Below are positions 1 to 9,718 of a DNA stretch of 56,789 nt, one piece after another (the stretch's first letter is position 1; the number at the start of each line of letters is the position of its first letter). The stretch covers positions 1 to 56,789 of the forward strand of contig JAJQAB010000093.1 of NCBI GenBank assembly GCA_021203985.1, in the 5' to 3' direction. The notes beneath the pieces were generated by a model that was not told the DNA's origin, did no database searches, and saw only the letters and a program-made list of their open reading frames with translations. Source of the DNA: Ruminococcus sp. GTDB lineage: Bacteria; Bacillota; Clostridia; Oscillospirales; Ruminococcaceae. Both the position numbers and the translations under genes were made by a program.

Positions 1-51
1 TTGGGTATATTTATATTATACCATATTGTCTAACTTTTGGGGAGCGGTTCA
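1..51 (-). mobile_element. IS3-family (IS150/IS861-like) terminal inverted repeat, probably the left end; element continues beyond the window
   Basis: Minus strand reads TGAACCGCTCCCCAAAAGTTAGACA followed by TGGTATAAT; 5'-TG terminus typical of IS3; matches 56737-56789 in reverse complement with 1 mismatch. Confidence 0.8.
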
Positions 52-258
52 TTTGACGGGAAGCGTGTACTTTTTTGTTGCTTTTCCGCACTGCACCCGT
101 TTTCAGCCGAATTTTCCCGATCCGAATCCGAGTTTGTTAAAAGATCAAACAAATATAGAAAAACATCCGAATTTGCTCGAAATCGCTGAAAAAACTGCAC
201 TTTTTCCAGATTCGCTCTCTCTTTTTTCAGATCAAATGTAAATTTCCATTGAAAATAC

Positions 259-287
259 TGGACATTTCCGCTGGAAAACTGTATAAT
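259..287 (+). promoter_or_regulatory. sigma70-type promoter of the fucose operon
   Basis: TGGACA-17 bp-TATAAT. Confidence 0.55.
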
Positions 288-401
288 AAGTAGGGAATTT
301 CATGCGCAGCGATCCGGTGTCCCGGACTGCCCCTAGCTTTTCTGATGCATATTTTTTTCGACACTTTATAAGAATGAATTTCAAATCGGAGGACACAAGT
401 C

Positions 402-1091
402 ATGAACGAATAAGAAATCAAAGACCAGCTTTGCGACATTTGCCATAAAATGTAGCAGCTTGGCTGGGTTGCCGAAAACGATGGAAACGTTTCCGTGAAG
501 CTGGAGGACGGCACATTTTTCGCAACGCCGACCGGCATGAGCAAGAGCTTTATCACACCCGACAAGCTCGTCCGGATCAACGACAATGGTGAGGTTTTAG
601 AATGTGCGCCCGGTCTGCGCCCGTCCTCTGAAATCAAAATGCATCTCTGCTGTTATCGGGAGTGTCCTGATGTCGGTACTGTGCTTCATGCGCATCCGCC
701 GACTGCTACGGGCTATGCGGTCACAAATGTTGCACTGGACGAATACACCATGATTGAATCGGTGATTGCGATCGGTTCTGTTCCGGTTACGCCATACGGC
801 ACGCCGTCAACCGATGAAGTCCCCGAGGCAATCAAGCCGTACTTGCAGGAGCACGATGTGATGCTGCTGCAAAATCATGGCGCGCTGACGGTTGGTGCGG
901 ATCTGATTACAGCATATTACCGCATGGAAACGCTGGAACTGTTTGCGAAGATCTCGTTGAACGCGCATCTCTTGGGCGGTGCGAAAGAGATTTCGCGGGA
1001 AAATATCGACCGTTTGTGCAGCATGCGCGCGCAATACGGCGTTACCGGCAAGCATCCTGGCTATAAGAAATATCCGAACGGACAGAACTAA
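402..1091 (+). pseudogene. fucA: class II aldolase (L-fuculose-1-phosphate aldolase-like) with two premature stops
   Basis: RBS GGAGG, ATG 402; reads MNE*EIKDQLCDICHKM*QLGWVAENDGNVS; TAA 411-413, TAG 453-455; PSSE..MH, HAHP and NHG Zn motifs downstream. Confidence 0.85.
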
Positions 1092-1118
1092 AACAGCACC
1101 GTAACAGGAGGCGTACAC

Positions 1119-1718
1119 ATGCTAAAACATATTCCTGCTATTTTAACGCCGGATCTTCTCAAAATTCTCATGGAAATGGGACATGGCGATGAAATTGTCA
1201 TTGCGGATGAGAACTTTCCCAGCGCGGCGATTGCAAAGCGTTTAATCCGGTTGGACGGCCATGGCGTGCCCGAAATTCTGCGCGCTATGATGCGATTCTT
1301 TCCGCTGGACGCTTATACACAAAAGCCTGTGGCACTAATGGAGGTCGTTCCCGGTGATCCGGTTGTCCCGACCATTTGGGAGACGTATCGGCAAATCATT
1401 TCCGCAGAAGAGCCAGAGCGCTGTCAGATCGAATACATCGAGCACTTTGCATTCTATGAACGCGCAAAAAATGCCTATGCAGTTATCGCGACAGGAGAAA
1501 CAGCAATTTATGCAAATATCCTACTGAAAAAGGGCGTTGTACAGCCGGAGGAAGCAAAATGGCACGACACGTACTGGCGCTGGACTTCGGCGCATCCTCC
1601 GGACGTGCAATCCTGGCATCCTACGATGGAACTGCCATACAACTACAGGAGGCACACCGCTTTATCAATACGCCGATTGAAAAAGACGGCAAACTGTACT
1701 GGGATCTGCCGAAGCTGA
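1119..1718 (+). CDS. fucU: L-fucose mutarotase (RbsD/FucU); stop apparently lost, giving an extension into the next gene
   Basis: MGHGDEIVIAD.NFP, FAFYE, YANILLKKGVV; homology ends near 1541; ATGG at 1559 may be a former ATGA overlap; ADGNFP reads ADENFP. Confidence 0.8.
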   Translation: MLKHIPAILTPDLLKILMEMGHGDEIVIADENFPSAAIAKRLIRLDGHGVPEILRAMMRFFPLDAYTQKPVALMEVVPGDPVVPTIWETYRQIISAEEPERCQIEYIEHFAFYERAKNAYAVIATGETAIYANILLKKGVVQPEEAKWHDTYWRWTSAHPPDVQSWHPTMELPYNYRRHTALSIRRLKKTANCTGICRS

Positions 1719-3022
1719 TGCAAGATCTGGAGTGTGGACTGCAAAAAGCGTATGCCATCGCCCCTTATGAGAGTATCGGCATTGATACATGGGGCGTGGA
1801 TTACGGCATGCTGGATGAAAACGGCGCGCTTCTGGAAAATCCGCGGCACTATCGCAACAGCAGAAGCGCGGGATACGCAGAAAAGTTTTGCGCACAGATG
1901 TCGGCAGAAACGCTGTATCAGCGTACCGGCACGCAAATCATAGACATCAACACGTTATTTCAATTGATGAGCCAGCGCGATCAGGAAGGCTTTTCCCACT
2001 GCAAAAAGCTGCTGCCGATGCCGGATTTATTAGCTTATCTGCTGACGGGTACAGTCTCCGCAGAGCGCTCGATTGCAAGCACAACACAGATGCTCTCTGC
2101 GCAGACGGGCACATGGGATTTAGAGCTTCTCAAAGCCGCACAGATTCCGGCGGATCTGCTTCCGGAAATCGTAGAAAGCGGCACGAGAAATGGTGTACTG
2201 ACAGACGATGTGCAAAAACGCCTGTCACTTCCGCCGATTGCGGTAACAGCAGTCTGCGGTCACGACACCCAGTGTGCGGCACTTGCTGCGCCGGTAAAAA
2301 CAGATAAGCACATCTTTTTGAACTGCGGCACGTGGTCGCTATTCGGAACGGAAAGCGATACACCGATTTTAACGCCGCAGGCAGCAGCGCTTGGTCTTTC
2401 GAATGAGATCGGCTATGAGAAAAAGGTGACATTTCTCAAGAATATCATCGGACTGTGGCTGATCCAGGAAACGCAGCGAGAACTACAGCGATGCGGTCAA
2501 ATGTATCGTTTTTCGGAAATTGAAGAGCTGGCGGTGCATTCACAGTCTACGCCATGTGCGATCGATCCGGATGATCCGCGCTTCACACCGCCTGGAGATA
2601 TACCAGGGCACATTCAAAGCTACTGCCGCGAAACCGATCAGCCCGTCCCCGAAACCATCGGCGCAATATTCCGCTGTATTTATGAGAGCCTGGCGATGAA
2701 ATATCGAAGTGCACTCGAGGAAGTAGAAGCGTGCACCGGCGAGACCTATCCAGTCATTCATCTTGTAGGCGGTGGCGCGAAGGATCGTCTGCTTTGTCAA
2801 CTGACGGCGGATTACTGCCAGCGTCCGGTGATTGCTAGACCGGCGGAAGCAACAGTTTACGGCAACGCTGCCATTCAGCTGATGGCGATCGGCGCAATGC
2901 ATTCCGCAGAAGAGGCGCGGCATTGCATTGCTGCTTCGGAAACGATGAAAACATATACACCCGAAAAATTCCCGGAAATGTGGTATCGTATGCTGCAAGC
3001 GATACGAAAGCAAGAAAGGTAA
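1559..3022 (+). CDS. rhamnulokinase/fuculokinase (FGGY family); open frame with drifted motifs
   Basis: LALDFGASSGR, GIDTWGVDY, GHDT, GTWSL, KNIIGLW, VGGG; HYRD reads HYRN and AGP reads ARP. Confidence 0.85.
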   Translation: MARHVLALDFGASSGRAILASYDGTAIQLQEAHRFINTPIEKDGKLYWDLPKLMQDLECGLQKAYAIAPYESIGIDTWGVDYGMLDENGALLENPRHYRNSRSAGYAEKFCAQMSAETLYQRTGTQIIDINTLFQLMSQRDQEGFSHCKKLLPMPDLLAYLLTGTVSAERSIASTTQMLSAQTGTWDLELLKAAQIPADLLPEIVESGTRNGVLTDDVQKRLSLPPIAVTAVCGHDTQCAALAAPVKTDKHIFLNCGTWSLFGTESDTPILTPQAAALGLSNEIGYEKKVTFLKNIIGLWLIQETQRELQRCGQMYRFSEIEELAVHSQSTPCAIDPDDPRFTPPGDIPGHIQSYCRETDQPVPETIGAIFRCIYESLAMKYRSALEEVEACTGETYPVIHLVGGGAKDRLLCQLTADYCQRPVIARPAEATVYGNAAIQLMAIGAMHSAEEARHCIAASETMKTYTPEKFPEMWYRMLQAIRKQER

Positions 3023-3031
3023 GGAATTCTT

Positions 3032-4830
3032 ATGTATCCAAAAATTGGTATTCGTCCCGTCATTGACGGCAGACAATTTGGCGTTCAGTAGGATCTGGAG
3101 AAGCAGACCATGCATTGGCGCACGCGGCAAAGGATCTGATCGAATCGAATCTGCACTATCCGGACGGTTCAAACGTAGAATGCGTCATTACGCCCTCGAC
3201 AATCGGCGGCGGTGCGGAGGCGTATGCATGCGAAACATTTTTTCAGACGCAGAATGTCTGCGCAACCTTATCTGTCACGCCGTACTGGTGCTATGGCAGC
3301 AAAACGATGGACTTAAATCCACTGACGATAAAAGCCGTGTTGGGCTTTAACGGCACAGAACGCCCGGGTGCTGTTTATCTGGCAGCCTGTATGGCAGCGC
3401 ACGCACAGCGCGGACTTCCGGCGTTTTCGATTTACGGGCATGATGTGCAGGACAAGGATGATTCCAGCATCCCGGCGGATGTACAGGAAAAAATCCTGCG
3501 CTTTGCAAAATGTGCCATTGCAGTCGGCGTTATGCACAACAAGGCGTATGTCGGACTGGGCGGCGTTGCGATGGGAATTGCAGGTTCTTACTGCAATTCC
3601 GACTTCTTCCAGAAATGTCTCGGCATTCGTGCGGAATGTGTCGATCTGACCGAAATTCTGAGGCACATTCACCTGGGGATCTACGATCATGACGAATATG
3701 AAAAGGCGCTTGCCTGGGTAAAGGAAAACTGTCCGGAGGGCTATGATGTCAACACAGAGATTCCGGAGGACAAGGAAATCGATCCGTTCGGCATCAAAAA
3801 GCCGCGCACCGCAAAGGAAAAAGCGAAGGAATGGGAATTCATCGTGAAATTCACACTGATTGTACAGGACATTTTCTTCGGCAATCCGAAACTCTCGGAA
3901 ATGGGCTGGAAGGAAGAAAGCCGCGGACGCAACGCAATTTTGGGCTGCTTCCAGGGACAGAGAATGTGGACAGACTGGCTTCCCAACGGAAATTTTACAG
4001 AAGCAATCTTAAACTCCAGCTTCGACTGGAACGGAAAGAAAGAGCCGACAATCCTGGCGACCGAAAACGATGGCTTAAATGGTACGGCAATGCTGTTTGG
4101 CAAGCTGCTGACCGGCTCTGCAACGATTTTTGCGGACGTCCGCACCTACTGGAGTCCGGACGCTGTCAAGCGCGTCACTGGCATTGCGCTGACTGGCAAA
4201 GCGGCAAACAGCTTTATTCACCTAATTAACAGTGGCGCAGCGGCATTAGACGGCACTGGCGCTTCGCAGGACGAAGCAGGCAATGGCGTCATGAAACCCT
4301 GGTGGGACGTCACATCCGCAGACATTCAAGCCATGCTGCACGCAACCGACTGGGAACCGGCAAATCTCGGCTATTTCCACGGCGGCGGCTTCTCTTCCTA
4401 TTTCCGCACACGCGCAGAAATGCCGGTAACGATAATCCGTCTCAATATTTTAAACGGCACACAGCCGCTTCTGCAAATTGCAGAAGGATATACTGTCGAT
4501 CTTCCGGATGAAATCCACAAGCCGCTGGACGACAGAACTGACAAGACCTGGCCGACAACATGGTTTGTCCCGAATCTCACGGACGAAGGCGCTTTTGCTG
4601 ATGTGTATCACGTGATGGCAAATTGGGGCGCAAACCACGGCTGTCTGGCATATGGACATATCGGCGCGGACTTGATCACGCTGGCAAGTATGCTGCGCAT
4701 TCCGGTTTCAATGTACAATGTACCGGAATCCAGAATCTATCGGCCGCACACTTGGAGTGCATTTGGCACAAAGGATCTCGAATCCGCCGATTATTGCGCC
4801 TGCAAGGAATACGGTCCACTTTATCGCTAA
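3032..4830 (+). pseudogene. fucI: L-fucose isomerase with 5' nonsense codon and frameshift
   Basis: MYPKIGIRPVIDGR from ATG 3032, TAG 3089-3091, frameshift near 3112; body has GTERPGAVYLA, FQGQR.WTD, ATEND, DVRTYWSP, NWGANH. Confidence 0.9.
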
Positions 4831-4940
4831 AGCAGCGCAGCAGACGCAATCCCATCATCTTCTATTTTTCTTTGTTGGATGCTGTGCTTAAAGTTTCCTC
4901 GTGAGACTGCACAGATTCCATAAATATTCAGTTGCGAACA

Positions 4941-4978
4941 GAAAATCGCCTTTAGGATGCACCCTAAAGGCGATTTTC
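4941..4978 (+). terminator. intrinsic terminator after the fuc operon
   Basis: GAAAATCGCCTTTAGG...CCTAAAGGCGATTTTC perfect stem followed by T-rich tail. Confidence 0.75.
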
Positions 4979-5103
4979 CTTTTGGCGTTGGTCGAGCCTT
5001 TGCAGATCTCCTCTTATTTTCACGGAAATAGACATGTTTTGTCGAACATATTGCGGTGTGGAACAGAATATGCTATAATGAACTGGTGAAAGAGAAAGGA
5101 GTT

Positions 5104-5400
5104 ATGCCTTCTGCATAAGCAAAACGACCGGATGCTTGCCGCCACGTTAACCTACATTGCACTGCGGCAAGAGCAGATCCAAACGCATGGAAATCCACCG
5201 CAAAAGCATTTGCCCGATTCCACAGAAATCAAATACTTCCCGGATTTATCCCTGCACTATCTGTGCAAGCACCTCGCGGTAAAACCAAGTATGACATCAC
5301 ACACGATCTAGGTAACCCTTCTGTTTCGCAGCAGACTGCGTACATTCTTTCATCTGCGCACTTTTAAAACGCGAAACAGACCTACAGAGAAAAATTGCCG
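5104..5400 (+). pseudogene. heavily eroded AraC-type regulator remnant
   Basis: TGCTATAAT and AAGGAG upstream; fragments YFPDLSLHYLCKHLAV and ALLKRETD in different frames resemble an AraC HTH. Confidence 0.35.
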
Positions 5401-5575
5401 TGTCCGTTATTTTTCGGGCGCGGCAATTTCTGTATCGCGACACTGCGCAAAGCGAAACCTTATTTTTCCACGATTTTAAAGCGGAATCCTGAACAAGACG
5501 CGGCATTTGTGCTATACTAAAAGCAGACCATTTTCTTCCACATCTGCGCGGCGGAAAAATATGGTACAATTCTAA

Positions 5576-5623
5576 AGGCAACACCGCACAAAGACCACCT
5601 GGCGGCTTTGTGCGGTGTTGCCT
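5576..5623 (+). promoter_or_regulatory. 5'-UTR hairpin, motif copy 1
   Basis: Perfect 18-bp stem AGGCAACACCGCACAAAG / CTTTGTGCGGTGTTGCCT between TGGTACAAT (-10) and the AAAGGGG RBS. Confidence 0.7.
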
Positions 5624-5644
5624 AAAGAAAAGGGGTATCACGTG

Positions 5645-6523
5645 ATGCGTGTCATTTCGAATCGTCAAAAAAGTACGATCTGCCTAATGTTATCCGCGTT
5701 TTGCTTTACGTAGATGAACGCCTTTGTGTGGCTTACAGGAGATCTGCCGTTCATTCAAAAAAGCTTCTTCCGAAATTTTGTGGCATTTCTTTTTGCACTG
5801 ATCCTGCTGCTTCGGCAGAAAAGCGGCTTTCGTCCGACAAAGGGTGCTCTTCCGGCACTTCTGCTGCGATCGTTTGGCGGAACACTTGGCATTCTCTGCA
5901 ACTTCTACGCGGTCGATCATTTGGTGCTGTCAGACGCGTCCATTCTCAATAAAATGTCGCCGTTTTTTGCAATTCTATTTTCCTGGCTGCTGCTACACGA
6001 AAAGATCTCGCGGAAGCAAGCGATCATCGTGCTTGGCACATTGATCGGCAGCTTATTTGTAGTAAAGCCAAGCTTTTCAAACGCAGACTTTTTTGCCTCG
6101 GCAGTCGGGTTGATGGACGGATTGTTTGCTGGCATGGCGTATACGATGGTGCGGCGGCTCGGCGCAATTGGAGAAAACAAAGCATATATCGTCTTTTTCT
6201 TCTCCGCCTTTTCCTGTATCGTCACACTCCCCTATTTGCTGTTTTCCTATACGCAAATGACCTGGAAGCAGCTGCTGTTTCTCATTCTCGCAGGTCTTTC
6301 CGCGGCCGACGGTCAATTTGGCATCACTTCCGCTTACTGCTATGCGCCCGCAAGAGAAATCTCCGTCTATGACTACACGCAAATTCTCTTTTCCGCAGGA
6401 CTCGGCTTTCTCCTCTTTGCGCAAATTCCGGACTGGCTCAGCGTAATCGGCTATCTGATCATCATTGCTATGGCGGCAATGATGTTTTTCTATCAAAAAA
6501 AGGGCGCAGCAAAGTCCACATGA
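5645..6523 (+). pseudogene. DMT/EamA transporter with in-frame TAG
   Basis: ATG 5645 is in frame with the 5714 ORF; ...LSAFCFT*MNAF with TAG 5711-5713; multi-TM EamA pattern (SPFFAILFS.LLL.EK, YDYTQILFS). Confidence 0.8.
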
Positions 6524-6568
6524 GCGTATGCCACACAAAAAAGCGTTCGTCATTTTACCAAAAAAATA

Positions 6569-6597
6569 TTGACATCGTAAAAAAAATGTGGTATACT
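6569..6597 (+). promoter_or_regulatory. sigma70 promoter of the GH26 gene
   Basis: TTGACA-17 bp-TATACT with extended -10 TG. Confidence 0.8.
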
Positions 6598-6613
6598 ATT
6601 TCTATCAATCTAA

Positions 6614-6663
6614 GGGCAGCACCGCTTGCAGCGAGTCACTTATGGTTTTACGCGGTGTCGCCT
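6614..6663 (+). promoter_or_regulatory. 5'-UTR hairpin, motif copy 2
   Basis: GGGCAGCACCGC...GCGGTGTCGCCT ending 7 nt before AGGAGG. Confidence 0.6.
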
Positions 6664-6682
6664 CAGTTTTAGGAGGCTCTTT

Positions 6683-9142
6683 ATGAAGCACATATCCAAA
6701 AAAGTGTTGGCGGTTGCAGTCGCCATCTCGCTGTCGGTAACCGGTGCAATGACCGGAAGCATGATGACGTCTTATGCAGACAGCGACACGAAATACGAAT
6801 TTGAGGACGCCACGATCACCGGAACCTCAACCGAGGTGGAAACTTCGGATGCCGCAAGCGGCGGCAAGTTCGTGCACCTCAAGAATGCCGGCGACACGAT
6901 TACACTGACTGTGACTGTCGAAGAAACCGGCATGTATGACATGAACATCTGCTATATCACAGACGGCGGGGCAAAGACGCAGAAAATGTACATCAACGGG
7001 GAGGCGTCCTCGGATCTGTCGTTTTCAGACCGCACGGAATTTGCGGAATCGACCCTTGCAACAGTAAAATTGCAGGCGGGCGAAAACGAAATTCAAATCG
7101 TCAGCTACTGGGGCTGGACACAGCTCGACTACATGACGCTGACAGAACCGGTTTATCCGGAATTGACGGCAAGCAGTGCGCTTTCTGATAAAAATGCCAC
7201 CGAAGAAACGCAGTCGCTGATGAACTATTTGGCGAGCGTTTATGGCGAGCACGTTATTTCCGGACAGCAAGAAATCTACATGTATGGTCCGCACGATTTT
7301 GAATACGAATTCAACTATATTGAAGAGACAACTGGTGAGCTGCCGGCAATTCGCGGATTCGACTTCCTCAACTGCAATCCGCTGTACGGCAGTGATGATC
7401 AGACGACAGAGCGTATTCTGAGCTGGGTGACAGAGAAAAACGGAATCGCAACTGCATCGTGGCACATCACGGTTCCAAAGGATTTCGAAAATTACACGCT
7501 GGGTGATTCCGTTTCCTGGAGTAATGCAACGTATGTGCCAGATGAAACGGACTTTGATCCGTCACAAATTTTAGTAGATGGATCGAAGGAACAGCAATAC
7601 TGGCTGCTGTGCCTGGATGGGCTGGCGCAGGAGTTGCTGGAACTGCAGGCGGCAAATGTACCGCTGATCTTCCGTCCGCTGCATGAAGCAGAAGGCGGCG
7701 GCGGTGAGAGTGGCTCTTGGTTCTGGTGGGGCAAAGCTGGTTCTTCCGTATACAAACAGCTTTGGATCTACTCCTATGAAGTTCTGACAGAAGAATACGG
7801 TCTGCACAACTTAATTTGGGAATGGAACAGCTATACTTATGACACGTCTACAGATTGGTATCCGGGCGATGAATACGTTGATCTGATTGCCTATGACAAG
7901 TACAACTGCACCGATTGGTCGACCGGCTCTGCACAGCTGGTGCATAACGTAAGCGCAATCGGCAGCACCTTCTACGATCTGGTAGAGCAGTATGACGGTC
8001 AGAAAATGATCGCCATGTCAGAGAACGACAGCATCCCGACACTGGAGAATTTCGAAATCGAAAAAGCCGGCTGGCTCTACTTCTGCCCGTGGTATGACGG
8101 CGGATCGGATGATACGAACTTCCTGACCAATTCGATCTTCAACGATCCGGAGGATCTCAAAACCATTTACCAGAGTGATTATTGCATCACGTTGGACGAA
8201 CTTCCGGCAGATCTGTACGGTAACGGCGGCTATGTGGTTACGACTACCACAAAAGAAGGTGAAACCACAGAAACCACCACAACACAGACAACTGTCACGA
8301 CAGAGCCGATTACAATTGATAACGCAATTATGGCAGAAGTAACCGCGAGCGGAACGAATTACAACATCAGCTTCGATCAGGAAATGGGCGAAAACGTTTG
8401 CTTGATCCTCGAGGTAGATGATAATATCACATACGCAAACGGCTGCCTTGGCATTAGCGTCACGGTAGACGCCACCGATTATTGGATTTCCTATCAGTGG
8501 GAAGTCTCCGAATCCGGCGAGGTTTGGGTGAACCTGAGCGATGATCTCTACAATATCACTTATAACAACGGCGCAGACGAGGTAACAGACGAAGAAACGA
8601 TCGCAGCGCTTCTTGCAGAGGCACAAAAGCAAACCGATGCACAAGTCCAGGTTTGGTGGGCAAATGACGGCAACGGCAAAGAGACGGACACCGCAGGCGT
8701 GGTATTGACGGCAGCTTATATTCCGGATTCGAGCGAAACCGAAACTACAGAAGCAACCACGGAAACGACTGAGGAAACTACAACCGAAGCGACCGAAGAA
8801 ACTACGACCGAATCGACTGAAGAAACCACAACCGAAGAAGTAACCGAAGAAACGACAACGGAAGTGACCGAAGAAACCACAACGGAAGCAACCGAAGAAA
8901 CCACAACCGAAGTGACCGTCACACCGACAGGTTCCGGGCGCTGCGGTGACGTAGACGAGAACGGCACTGTCAATTTGGCGGATGCAATCTTGTTAAGCAA
9001 GGCGGCAGTCAATCTCGTAGATCTCACCAATACTGCAAGCGCTGACTGCAACTGTGACGGCGAAGTTGACGGCAACGATGCACTCATTCTGCTGAAGTTT
9101 GTCGTACAGCTGATCGATTCGCTGCCATACACCGAATCGTAA
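6683..9142 (+). CDS. cellulosomal beta-mannanase: signal peptide-CBM35-GH26-linker-putative CBM-T/E linker-dockerin
   Basis: ATG 6683 after AGGAGG; YEFED..WGW (CBM35-like), SGQQE, FRPLHEAEG, WFWWG, WYPGDEYVD, AMSEND; two Ca-binding dockerin repeats (GDVDENG, ADCNCDGEVD). Confidence 0.9.
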   Translation: MKHISKKVLAVAVAISLSVTGAMTGSMMTSYADSDTKYEFEDATITGTSTEVETSDAASGGKFVHLKNAGDTITLTVTVEETGMYDMNICYITDGGAKTQKMYINGEASSDLSFSDRTEFAESTLATVKLQAGENEIQIVSYWGWTQLDYMTLTEPVYPELTASSALSDKNATEETQSLMNYLASVYGEHVISGQQEIYMYGPHDFEYEFNYIEETTGELPAIRGFDFLNCNPLYGSDDQTTERILSWVTEKNGIATASWHITVPKDFENYTLGDSVSWSNATYVPDETDFDPSQILVDGSKEQQYWLLCLDGLAQELLELQAANVPLIFRPLHEAEGGGGESGSWFWWGKAGSSVYKQLWIYSYEVLTEEYGLHNLIWEWNSYTYDTSTDWYPGDEYVDLIAYDKYNCTDWSTGSAQLVHNVSAIGSTFYDLVEQYDGQKMIAMSENDSIPTLENFEIEKAGWLYFCPWYDGGSDDTNFLTNSIFNDPEDLKTIYQSDYCITLDELPADLYGNGGYVVTTTTKEGETTETTTTQTTVTTEPITIDNAIMAEVTASGTNYNISFDQEMGENVCLILEVDDNITYANGCLGISVTVDATDYWISYQWEVSESGEVWVNLSDDLYNITYNNGADEVTDEETIAALLAEAQKQTDAQVQVWWANDGNGKETDTAGVVLTAAYIPDSSETETTEATTETTEETTTEATEETTTESTEETTTEEVTEETTTEVTEETTTEATEETTTEVTVTPTGSGRCGDVDENGTVNLADAILLSKAAVNLVDLTNTASADCNCDGEVDGNDALILLKFVVQLIDSLPYTES
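8734..8925 (+). repeat. imperfect ~24-bp tandem repeats encoding a (TEETTTEA/V)n linker
   Basis: accgaagaaaccacaac... units; protein ETTEETTTEATEETTTE. Confidence 0.75.
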
Positions 9143-9173
9143 CAACAAAAGTCCCTTTCTGAGGGAAAACCAC

Positions 9174-9218
9174 AAAGAGCGCACGGATTGTATCAAACAG
9201 TCTATGCGCTCTTTTTTG
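9174..9218 (+). terminator. intrinsic terminator after GH26
   Basis: AAAGAGCGCA...TGCGCTCTTTTTT. Confidence 0.7.
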
Positions 9219-9283
9219 TCGTAACAAAAGCGGAATTTTATAGAAGTTGCACAAAATTTATGGTTGAAATTTGGAAGGCAAAA

Positions 9284-9350
9284 GGCGTTAAGTGAGTATT
9301 TGGGGCGTTTGGTGAAAGTGGTTGATTTTCGTTTTCAACTGTGTTATACC
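9284..9350 (+). promoter_or_regulatory. putative AgrA/LytTR-type promoter of agrD
   Basis: Direct repeats GGCGTTAAGTGA (9284) and GGCGTTTGGTGA (9304) upstream of TTGATT-17 bp-TATACC. Confidence 0.45.
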
Positions 9351-9403
9351 GGATGTGCAAGACGTTTTGATTAAAACGATCCAAGAAAAGGAAGGTGCTC
9401 CTG

Positions 9404-9556
9404 ATGAATCAGAAGGCGAATTTAAAACAAGGACTGCTGCGCGGGATTGCGACAGTTGTCAAAAAAACATCGCAATTTGGCGCAGACACGCTCTGCATGT
9501 GGTGGCAGTATCAGCCAAAGAAGCCGCAGGCCGTAAAGGACATGCAGAAATTTTAA
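9404..9556 (+). CDS. agrD: AgrD-like cyclic lactone autoinducer precursor, 50 aa (not in the ORF track)
   Basis: RBS AAGGAAGG; MNQKANLKQGLLRGIATVVKKTSQFGADTLCMWWQYQPKKPQAVKDMQKF; amphipathic leader plus C-x4-YQPK.P motif. Confidence 0.85.
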   Translation: MNQKANLKQGLLRGIATVVKKTSQFGADTLCMWWQYQPKKPQAVKDMQKF

Positions 9557-9613
9557 CTTTTCTCTAGAAAATGCGGCTCGATTTCCGCAAGAAGATTTTC
9601 CTAAAAATCAAAC

Positions 9614-9659
9614 GCACCGCAAAAGCGAAATCGAATCGACTTTTGCGGTGCTGTTTTTT
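9614..9659. terminator. terminator between agrD and yeiH
   Basis: GCACCGCAAAAG...CTTTTGCGGTGC plus T-run. Confidence 0.65.
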
Positions 9660-9718
9660 GCGGATCGCTATACAAATGCCACGAGATCTGTTATAATAGA
9701 AGAGGTATTGTACGCCGC

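Noticed and set aside
26-241. ORFs starting MSNFWGAVH at both window ends (also 56762-56523)
   Set aside because: They are translations of the IS inverted repeat running into unrelated flanks, with no RBS or protein features.
8734-8925. Repeat array as CRISPR or a diversity-generating element
   Set aside because: These are in-frame degenerate linker codons with no spacers. There is no cas or reverse transcriptase gene in the window.
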